Below are positions 18,811-26,686 of a DNA stretch of 56,716 nt, in pieces. Position 1 is the first letter of the stretch. Each line of letters begins with the position of its first letter. The notes beneath the pieces are model-generated. The model made no database searches. It saw only the letters and a program-made list of their open reading frames with translations, and was not told the origin of the DNA. The position numbers and the translations under genes are program-made. The stretch comes from a virus (taxonomy: Duplodnaviria > Caudoviricetes): IMG/VR virus record IMGVR_UViG_3300025407_000978, positions 1 through 56,716 of that record; one strand, given 5' to 3'.

Positions 18811-19477
18811 CTTTATTCATCCTTTTTAAATGTTGTGTTAAATTACCTAAGTCAAATTCTCTTTTACAACAAAGACAACAACCTCTATACAATGAGAATC
18901 TTTGGCCATTTTTGTTTATTTTAGCACTATTGCTCATCTTTTGTCTAGTCTTTTGGGACTTTGGTTTTTTACTTGCGTTACCTATTTTCTCTTTGGTTTC
19001 TTGGCTGTGCGTTAGTCCTAAGGCAAACTTGTTACCTTTAATTTTTTCAGATTGAGCCAATCTACCAGCGTCAGTTTCTTTAGTTTTTCCTAAATTGCGT
19101 AGTCGCAATCGTTCTTTGTGTTCAGCTTTGCGTTCAGGTGAATAATTGTTGATCGTTTCTCTGCGTTTGGCATAGGCTTCCGGGCCTAGATTTCCACCTA
19201 TGCCACCTACAGCTATGTTGTATCCTTGGTTTCTACTATCGTATCTAATAATAGTAGGTTCTTCTAACTCGCTGATATACTTTCTATCTTCTGATTCTTC
19301 AAGTAATTCTATGCTAAAGTTTTCTGAACCATACTTATTGATAGCGTATTGAATAGGATATTTTGGATTTCGTGAATGACTTATGTGTAAAGTTAGTCGT
19401 TCTTCTAAGGTTTGTTTTGTAATTCCAATGTAGGTTTTACCATTAACCGCATTGGTGATTTTGTATAATTTATACAT
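18797..19477 (-). mobile_element. GIY-YIG homing endonuclease with NUMOD3 repeats
   Basis: LYKITNAVNGKTYIGIT, AINKYG..NF, GYN...GG, HSQETKEKI. Confidence 0.88.
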
Positions 19478-19527
19478 TTCTCTCTCCAAAGCATCTATCG
19501 TTAATGCTCAACGGAAGTATTCACTTC

Positions 19528-19620
19528 AATATTGCTACCGCTGTGTAGCAATATTATTTATCATTGGTTACGCAGATGTCAATTGTTTTTTGTAACCTTT
19601 GTGTTACAGATGTATTTATT
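19528..19620 (-). promoter_or_regulatory. Two tandem late-promoter plus hairpin units
   Basis: TAAATA-4 nt-TGTAAC(acaaag)GTTACA and TAAATA-4 nt-TGCTAC(acagcg)GTAGCA; the second extends to a perfect 11-bp stem (19528-19555). Confidence 0.6.
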
Positions 19621-19637
19621 GTTTTCATGTAATGCTA

Positions 19638-20381
19638 TTATAAATTATTTACAAAAGGTACCAATACCTTTTTGGCAAACTCAATATGATGTTCTACAGT
19701 GGGATGTAAATCTTTATCTGCAAACGGTATTCTTGATTGAAAACACCAAGTTTGATAGTTTTTTATTTTTAAAAATGTTGACCTATCTAATAAATCATAT
19801 AAATGTTGCGTATTAATATTAGGAACTTCAGATAAAACATTATCTGAATATTTGCCCATAAAATATTTAATGTTGTGCATTTTTAAAAACCATTGAGTTC
19901 TTAAAATATGTTCAAGTGTTAATATTTCATCATTCATATCGTCTTGGAAATACTTATAATAAATTTCTGTAAAAGTATTATCAAAACCTACATGAACCGG
20001 GAACCAATTTTTATCTGCACCCTCAATAAATCTATTACTTAAAAGTGGTATAGAACCATCTGGCGATTTAAAATTTCCAACGTTCCAATTATAATTTTTA
20101 GACTTTTCAATATTTACATTATTAGTATCGACATTTGATCTGAAAAAATCTAATCTACTTTTTCCACTCCATATAATCCCTACTAATAATTCTTCTGGTT
20201 TATAACTTTTTAGTGCCTCGGTGACACCATAAATTATACTTCTACTAATTCTACCGTTACCTGTTGCCAACAACCCATAATTTTTTACATCACAATTTAA
20301 CTCTTGCGACAACTGATAGGGCCAACTGTTGCTCCCATCAGTAAAACTACAACCTGAGGCAATTAGTAGTTTATAACTCAT
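19638..20381 (-). CDS. SGNH-hydrolase-like hypothetical protein
   Basis: GCSFTDG, GN.RI and DLHP motifs. Confidence 0.6.
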   Translation of the reverse strand: MSYKLLIASGCSFTDGSNSWPYQLSQELNCDVKNYGLLATGNGRISRSIIYGVTEALKSYKPEELLVGIIWSGKSRLDFFRSNVDTNNVNIEKSKNYNWNVGNFKSPDGSIPLLSNRFIEGADKNWFPVHVGFDNTFTEIYYKYFQDDMNDEILTLEHILRTQWFLKMHNIKYFMGKYSDNVLSEVPNINTQHLYDLLDRSTFLKIKNYQTWCFQSRIPFADKDLHPTVEHHIEFAKKVLVPFVNNL

Positions 20382-21556
20382 TAGTACTTGTTTTCTCTGG
20401 TATGTTTTCGGTAATCAGTACTCATACGCAAATATTGATCACCATTGCCTTCTAAGATATCACAAATGCGATCAATAGTTTTATCGGTATAATCACTGAT
20501 CTTGCCAATACTCTTGTGTGGGTTGAATAATAACGTTTCTAATTTATTCATAGCGTCATCAATAGACCACGGTATATACATACGTTCGTGATCATTTGCA
20601 AAAGTTTCTGGAAAGCTGCGATATGCAGGATATAATACATTACAACCTAAACTATCAGCCTCACTAACAGTATTGCTTACCCAGTCTTGTAATGCACAAT
20701 TAAACAATACCCTAGTATCATTTAACAATTCATAATACGTATTTTTATCTAAATCTTCGTATATTTTAAGTTTACCTTCATCAGATAAGCGTTTTGTGCG
20801 TGCCATATAGCTGTCATTATTGCTACGTAGTTTAGAGCCACTGAACAACGCAAATTCTACAGTGTTGCCATGTTTTTTGTGCCAGGCTTCAATTAAGTCC
20901 ATATAAAAGTCTGGTTGCTTTTCTTGATCCCAACGTGCCGAAAATGCAACACGCTTTTTGCGATCATAAAAATACTTAATATTGTTGTTTACTCTACCCT
21001 GTACTTCTTTTTTACCAAATGCCAAGCCACTGATATTATAGATTGGTGCTTGCCAACCTGCAATCTTCATGTGCGCAACCATTTCTTCATTACTAGCTAA
21101 CACGCCATCTACAAATGAATCGACCATCTTTTCGAAATGCCCCATCCATTTACTCATGCCCCATACATGTACAAAATCATCTGGATCAATACTTTGTGCT
21201 AAACAACGAACAAAAACTTTTGGACAATATTCAGCAGGTAACTGATTCATAATATATGGAAGACTTTCAATTCCGGGCTGAAACATATCTTCAAAATAAA
21301 CAACATCTTGATTGTTTACCTCCCCCGCTTTCATCATACGAATTAAATTCATTAATTGACTCATGCCGAAATATGTACGACCATGCGCATCTAATACTTG
21401 ACCAGTAACAATAGCTTGATCATTACTTAATGTATCGCCGGGTACTACTACATAATCTATACCCCTACGATCAAATACATCAGTGTTCCACTGTTGTAAT
21501 TGAAGTGTATATCTTGCCTTATAAGGTTCTAACCCCATATAAAATAGTTTACGCAT
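20381..21556 (-). CDS. GT-B fold glycosyltransferase
   Basis: FSARWDQEKQP, FNCALQDWVSNTVSEA; GGAGA RBS before MRKLFYMG. Confidence 0.75.
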   Translation of the reverse strand: MRKLFYMGLEPYKARYTLQLQQWNTDVFDRRGIDYVVVPGDTLSNDQAIVTGQVLDAHGRTYFGMSQLMNLIRMMKAGEVNNQDVVYFEDMFQPGIESLPYIMNQLPAEYCPKVFVRCLAQSIDPDDFVHVWGMSKWMGHFEKMVDSFVDGVLASNEEMVAHMKIAGWQAPIYNISGLAFGKKEVQGRVNNNIKYFYDRKKRVAFSARWDQEKQPDFYMDLIEAWHKKHGNTVEFALFSGSKLRSNNDSYMARTKRLSDEGKLKIYEDLDKNTYYELLNDTRVLFNCALQDWVSNTVSEADSLGCNVLYPAYRSFPETFANDHERMYIPWSIDDAMNKLETLLFNPHKSIGKISDYTDKTIDRICDILEGNGDQYLRMSTDYRKHTRENKY

Positions 21557-22259
21557 TTGTTTCTCCATATAGTTCTTTTAAAAGATGTATCATACTTTCC
21601 CATTGTTCTTTAGTGGAACTGTTAAATCCATTAACAGGTCTTGGTGCTTCCAACCAGGGAAATTCCATTGGTTTCATTATTTGTAAAAAGTTTTTAACTT
21701 TTTCTTCTGCTTTGATATGTAGATTGTACCAAAGTTGATGAATTTCATTTGCCTCTTTGTATACATTTGTAATGTTAAGAAAATCACAAATTTCATCATA
21801 TAAGATTTTATCTAACATAGGTTTGTATATATCTTTAAAATTAATGTATAATACTTTTTCAGAATCTTTGATTGATGAATTTGTTTGGTTAATTTCTGAT
21901 GTTTCTTGTAAAAACATTTCTTTTGTCAATCCATTTAATAATGGATTGAGTTTTGCATACATTTTTAAACAGTCGTTTGGTTCTGCATTAATTACTAAAA
22001 ATTTAGAAGATTTATTAGGAATTAATTTTAAATTATGATGAACTTGTATTATATTATTCAATAAGTATCTATGAATTGATTCATATCTAATCCAATTAAA
22101 ACAATTTCTATCTTTCCTATATACATTTAGTTTAATAAAAATAGTTTTTTCAGTCAAATTATTAGGCATAATTGACATTGAATCATACTCCGTTGATAAT
22201 AGTAATAACCATCTAAGATGATTCATACCACTACCAAGCGGAGCTATGATTGTATGCAT
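21549..22259 (-). CDS. Hypothetical protein (sulfotransferase-like N-terminus)
   Basis: IIAPLGSGMNHLRWLL; AT-rich. Confidence 0.5.
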   Translation of the reverse strand: MHTIIAPLGSGMNHLRWLLLLSTEYDSMSIMPNNLTEKTIFIKLNVYRKDRNCFNWIRYESIHRYLLNNIIQVHHNLKLIPNKSSKFLVINAEPNDCLKMYAKLNPLLNGLTKEMFLQETSEINQTNSSIKDSEKVLYINFKDIYKPMLDKILYDEICDFLNITNVYKEANEIHQLWYNLHIKAEEKVKNFLQIMKPMEFPWLEAPRPVNGFNSSTKEQWESMIHLLKELYGETNA

Positions 22260-22260
22260 A

Positions 22261-22473
22261 TTAATTTTGCGATTTTAAATTTTCTGCCCACATATCACGT
22301 ACTGGTTTACCAGCAAGTAATTTGCTATACTGTCGCCAGACATAGCTACGATCCTTATAAAGATCCGCTTCGTCAAAACGATATCCATATTCTTTGCAGA
22401 ACGCTAGATAATTTTCCAAGTCTTGGAAAATTTGTTTGACACGGGGATTTACTTTATGATCATTTCTCGACAT
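22261..22473 (-). CDS. Hypothetical protein
   Basis: AAGGA RBS; IFQDLENYLAFCKEYGYRFDEADLY. Confidence 0.75.
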   Translation of the reverse strand: MSRNDHKVNPRVKQIFQDLENYLAFCKEYGYRFDEADLYKDRSYVWRQYSKLLAGKPVRDMWAENLKSQN

Positions 22474-22483
22474 TTTTTCTTCC

Positions 22484-22610
22484 TTAAATAACAATTGATT
22501 GTGATGGATAAGTTAAATTATATTGAATTGTTGCACCGTTTTCATTATCTTCGGATACACTAATTTCGATACTTCTACTGGGATACTGACTACAATGTAT
22601 ATAGTCGTAT
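22484..22610 (-). pseudogene. Orphaned duplicate 3' end of the DpdL-like gene
   Basis: Encodes YPSRSIEISVSEDNENGATIQYN..., aligning with YPNRDVQIEVSEDGENGCVISYN of 23365..23784. Confidence 0.75.
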
Positions 22611-22642
22611 CTATTTCTCAGTGTGAAATGATAAGTAATGAT

Positions 22643-23428
22643 ATGAGCAAACCATTCACAACTAAAAAATTCGTTAACGATGCTATTAACAAGTTTAATC
22701 ATAAATTTAATTATAGCAAAGTTTCATATGTAAATGCAAACACTTTGGTTACCATAATATGTCCTGATCACGGAGAATTTAAAATTAGTCCATGGAAATT
22801 TTTGAATAGTAAGCACGGATGTAAAGCGTGTGCTGTTAAAGTGATGGCTTCTAAACAAAAAGAACTTACTAAGAAAAAACTTGAAGAACTTAAAAAAATC
22901 AATGACGCACTGTATGAGTACCCCGAATGTCATTTCAATGGCATTAAAGATAAAATTCCAGTGCAATGTAAAAAGCATGGTATTTTTCATGTTACTGTTG
23001 ATCATCATTTACACGGCGTTGGTTGTAAAAAATGTGCTGACGAACGCAAGACCGGTGGGTATAATTTACAATGGTTTGATGCCGATACTAATAGGAAGTC
23101 ATTGCCGGGTATATTATACATAATTGAAGTTTATAATGATTCTGAACGATTTATTAAAATTGGAATTACAAAAAATTCTGTAAGTAAACGATATAATAAC
23201 TCGCCCTTCAAAAAATACCAATATAAAATAATTTACCAATTCTACGACTCATTGTACCGGTGCTTTTTGAAAGAAGAAGAAATCAAGCGTTTATTTAAAG
23301 AATATCTATATTCTCCTAAACATAAATTTCATCACACTGAGAGTTTTACTCTCGGTGCGTTACCTCAAATTTTAGAGTTATATGAAATTACGCAACCATT
23401 CTCCCCATCTTCGCTAACTTCAATCTGA
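22643..23428 (+). mobile_element. Putative homing endonuclease (DUF723-like zinc ribbons plus GIY-YIG/T5orf172-like domain)
   Basis: Two C..HG.F...GC..C repeats; LYII...FIKIGIT; TE.F; GATAAGTA late-type promoter at 22630. Confidence 0.75.
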
Positions 23429-23784
23429 ACATCTCGGTTTGGATATTTTATCGCAATCATACCGTATAAGTCGTCTGCTATCATCTCGCAACTTTTGTAA
23501 TCCAATTCTAGTGTGGTTGCTGAATAAAGATTCAACAGCCACCTTTTAAACTGAATAAACTCAATATCCCTATCGTTGTGAAATACTTCTATCGCCACTT
23601 TAAAGTGAAAAATGTGACGATGTGGGTTCGCTAAAAAACTAACGTCTGTTAGATTTGGGTCTGTAGCAGCAGCTGGATAACAATGAATGCCTTCACGCTG
23701 AAAAGTTACCCATATAAGTCGTTTTGCACGATTCATAATACGATTTCTTTTTTCTGCCAATGCTTGTGTTAATTGATCTTCCAT
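23365..23784 (-). CDS. QueD-like T-fold protein, DpdL-type (putative CDG decarboxylase)
   Basis: LANPHRHIF fits the LxxxHRHxF signature; DRDIEF, SCEM, VSEDGENG; next to the DpdA-like gene. Confidence 0.7.
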   Translation of the reverse strand: MEDQLTQALAEKRNRIMNRAKRLIWVTFQREGIHCYPAAATDPNLTDVSFLANPHRHIFHFKVAIEVFHNDRDIEFIQFKRWLLNLYSATTLELDYKSCEMIADDLYGMIAIKYPNRDVQIEVSEDGENGCVISYNSKI

Positions 23785-23978
23785 TACTCATCTCCATAGC
23801 CAACACGTTCATAATTTTCTTCAAATTGTAAACGGTTGTATTGTTTAATTTGCGACATAACCATATCTAATTCATTTCGTAAATTAGTTAACTGATGAGG
23901 TTGTTCAGTTAAACTAATTTCTTTACTAAGAATTCTTTTTTGCTTTTCTAAAGATTCAATTAATTTTATATAATTCAT
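23784..23978 (-). CDS. Small coiled-coil hypothetical protein
   Basis: 64 aa, coupled to both neighbours. Confidence 0.65.
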   Translation of the reverse strand: MNYIKLIESLEKQKRILSKEISLTEQPHQLTNLRNELDMVMSQIKQYNRLQFEENYERVGYGDE

Positions 23979-25538
23979 TTATTCTCCGATCGTTATTAAA
24001 TCTAGATTTGGTTTTAATTTGGTTTTTACTTTTTTCTCAGGTTTATGTTTAACCGAGTCAATATTTTCAAAGTGTTTACGAAATTGAGTATTGCTATTAA
24101 CAGTTTTTTTGCCTGAAAATCCCTGACTCCCAGACTGAATTTGTTGCCAATAAGAACTATAACTATCAATCATGTCTAAACTTTTCTGTCTATCGTTTAA
24201 TGAAAAAATCTTATCTACGAGTTCGCCAAACTTGATATCCTGAACATCATGCAATAACATTTCAGGTACAACACCTTTCTCATATTGACGATTGGCTTCT
24301 TGTACAGCAATCATATGCTGATATACGTTGTGCGCTTGTAATAATGTATAACTCAATGTATCCCAACTTGTTTTTGTTTCTTTACCATGTTGACCAAGAA
24401 ACCCATGACCTCTATAACACAAATCTTTAATCAATAGTTTATCAGTCACTGGACTATCTGTAAAGATTTTGTGGATACCGTCATCCAGTACTGCGTCACT
24501 AAACTTGCGATTATCGGTTGCATAGTTTTTGTTTTCGGCAGTTTTTTCCATACTATATGACCATTTCTTGCCATATTCAATGTTGTTGTTAAAGTATGCA
24601 AGACCTTTAGCTGCACTAAAGAATGGGCTAGCACAGTCAAAAGTAATTTGTAATTTTGGATTGTGATACTTGCGAATAGCACGTTGTATATCGGTAAAGA
24701 TTACAGCATATTCTAAAATGCTCGTACCCAAACAGTGAATAAGATCATGCTTACCTTCTTGCAATAATCCATCGTGTATAATGCCAACTAAACGCTTTAA
24801 TGTAAGATGAATATCGATTTTATTCTGACCACCAAACGCCCAGCCATTAAAATGATTTTTTGGATAGATGTTTGGGTCACAATATTTCTTCATTTCATTG
24901 TACCACTCATCACTTTGTTCATGATCCAAACCTTGCAATACATTTAAGAACTTACATTCACCATTACGATTATTAATAAAATATTCGTTGTTAATGTGTG
25001 TAGCAGTAATAGCTTGTTCGATAGTTTGTATACCATGTAATGAATTACCGTCTTTGTCTTTCATTCCATAAGTTTGCAATGATTGACTGGGAATGTCAAG
25101 ACACATACCATAATCCATGTATGTGTCCATCCATTTCAAAACAGCTTTGCGTTTAGCCATAGCACGTGGGCAGTTAGGATCTTTCCAATCAGCAGGCCAT
25201 TGACCTTTTAATATCTGAAAGCCACCACTATCCCCCAACATAAAAGTATTTTTTTCACGTTTGCGAATAATACTTTCACCATGATCATCAACTGTCGTAT
25301 CTAAGTTAGCATGACCTGCACTATATAGACCCCACTTATAATAGAACAATCCTTCTTTACTATTAAGAAAGTTTAACTTTTCTACGTCGCCGTTAAATTT
25401 CTGAGGTATACGTTCAGGGGGAAAATAATTTTCTCCTTCACGTTGTCTTCCCAAGCCACTAATATAAAAACTACTAACAGCGGGTAAGAACAATGCCCAT
25501 TCAGAACTTTGGCTCAGTGTGAGGTCTACTTGTTTCAT
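23979..25538 (-). CDS. dpdA: TGT-family DNA-guanine transglycosylase (DpdA-like)
   Basis: GDSGGFQ, CLDIP, NVLQG, AFGG, IHCLG and FDCASP TGT motifs; linked to folE/queD/queE. Confidence 0.8.
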   Translation of the reverse strand: MKQVDLTLSQSSEWALFLPAVSSFYISGLGRQREGENYFPPERIPQKFNGDVEKLNFLNSKEGLFYYKWGLYSAGHANLDTTVDDHGESIIRKREKNTFMLGDSGGFQILKGQWPADWKDPNCPRAMAKRKAVLKWMDTYMDYGMCLDIPSQSLQTYGMKDKDGNSLHGIQTIEQAITATHINNEYFINNRNGECKFLNVLQGLDHEQSDEWYNEMKKYCDPNIYPKNHFNGWAFGGQNKIDIHLTLKRLVGIIHDGLLQEGKHDLIHCLGTSILEYAVIFTDIQRAIRKYHNPKLQITFDCASPFFSAAKGLAYFNNNIEYGKKWSYSMEKTAENKNYATDNRKFSDAVLDDGIHKIFTDSPVTDKLLIKDLCYRGHGFLGQHGKETKTSWDTLSYTLLQAHNVYQHMIAVQEANRQYEKGVVPEMLLHDVQDIKFGELVDKIFSLNDRQKSLDMIDSYSSYWQQIQSGSQGFSGKKTVNSNTQFRKHFENIDSVKHKPEKKVKTKLKPNLDLITIGE

Positions 25539-25879
25539 TGCGTTAATTTTTTAACCATTTTTATTTTTTGTTTAGCAATTTCAATAGTATCTACTAAGTC
25601 TTTAATTGTAGGATTGGTTTCTGCTAATCTTTTTAACTCAACTTCTTCATTCATTTTCTTTTCTGCCCAGTTTAAAACTTTTGAAGTACGTTCGTCAAGA
25701 TCAATGTTTACATAATTAGGCATTGAGTGCCAATAACTACCTGCATCAATTTCAAAACACATACTGGAGTTATTCCAACGCACTGCTCCTTTAGCAAAAG
25801 GGGTACTTGGTGTACCAGAATATCCTATAGTTTCTTTACTACCACCTTCTGTAATTTTAAAAAGATTGACAGTTATCAT
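25535..25879 (-). CDS. Hypothetical protein
   Basis: Likely start MITVNL at 25879; GAVRWN...WAEKKM. Confidence 0.7.
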   Translation of the reverse strand: MITVNLFKITEGGSKETIGYSGTPSTPFAKGAVRWNNSSMCFEIDAGSYWHSMPNYVNIDLDERTSKVLNWAEKKMNEEVELKRLAETNPTIKDLVDTIEIAKQKIKMVKKLTQ

Positions 25880-25880
25880 A

Positions 25881-26606
25881 TTACTTTTGTAGTGCCGGGA
25901 ATAAAAATTGATAAGTTGCAATACCGCTATCTAATGTGATTTCTGCAACACCCTGATCGCTAAAGCGAACTTTTTTATTGTCTCCTGACAATTCAACAAT
26001 AGATGTAAAAGCTTTTACTGGATAACTCCAAGCTTTAGTTAATTTACCTGAATTAGAAGTGAATACAAAGTCACCTGAGTGGTTAGCAGGATCGCCAAAA
26101 TAGAAACGAATATCATTACCGTCGCTTTTGACAGTAAAGGTTTCTTGTGTTGAAATAGCTTGCGCCTGACGTTTTAATCGTGCAATAGCATCTATTGTTG
26201 GTTCAAACTCAACAGCCCATGTAGCACCCTTAAATGTTACTGGTTTAACGCGATCTTCTACAGTAGCTTTAGCCATTAAACGATAATCGTTTTTATAATC
26301 ACCTGATTTTGTTTCAAAATGAATATTAGTTGGCTCACCGTCGCTGTTCTTTTCTACAGTAATGATAGCACTTTCATTATAATCTGTTTCGTTTGACAAA
26401 ATAGTTTTTAATGTGCTTAAGCTAGGCATACCAAATGTGCCAATAAATTCACTAACAGGAGTGTTAAATGTACCATTAATGATTACAGTTCGGTCATCAG
26501 CTAACGCAAGCATTTTAGTTTCTTTGCCGGTACCAATGATTTTAAGTAATTCAATAACGCCCAAGCCGTTAGTGTGTTTAATCAATTCTAATAAATTATC
26601 TTTCAT
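25881..26606 (-). CDS. DNA polymerase sliding clamp (gp45-like)
   Basis: 241 aa, beta-rich, directly downstream of the polymerase, clamp-like C-terminus ATYQFLFPA. Confidence 0.65.
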   Translation of the reverse strand: MKDNLLELIKHTNGLGVIELLKIIGTGKETKMLALADDRTVIINGTFNTPVSEFIGTFGMPSLSTLKTILSNETDYNESAIITVEKNSDGEPTNIHFETKSGDYKNDYRLMAKATVEDRVKPVTFKGATWAVEFEPTIDAIARLKRQAQAISTQETFTVKSDGNDIRFYFGDPANHSGDFVFTSNSGKLTKAWSYPVKAFTSIVELSGDNKKVRFSDQGVAEITLDSGIATYQFLFPALQK

Positions 26607-26649
26607 GTTTTTCCTTTGTTGTTAAAATATTTAGGCATTTATATTGTGT

Positions 26650-26678
26650 ATTATAGTGGAATAAATTAAGAAAATCAA
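26650..26678 (-). promoter_or_regulatory. sigma70-type promoter
   Basis: TTGATT-17 bp-TATAAT upstream of the clamp gene. Confidence 0.6.
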
Positions 26679-26686
26679 GTACTTGT

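Noticed and set aside
19528-19555. preQ1 riboswitch upstream of folE (GCTACAC resembles part of the class I loop)
   Set aside because: The segment sits inside a perfect stem and lacks the rest of the aptamer and its A-rich tail; kept only as an unclassified hairpin
22484-23784. Group I intron splitting the DpdL-like gene
   Set aside because: The upstream gene is already complete with its own stop, the endonuclease is antisense, and there is no room for a ribozyme core
23979-25538. Canonical tRNA-guanine transglycosylase (tgt)
   Set aside because: No CxCxxC zinc site seen, longer and divergent, and located next to replication genes; DNA-acting DpdA fits better, though untested
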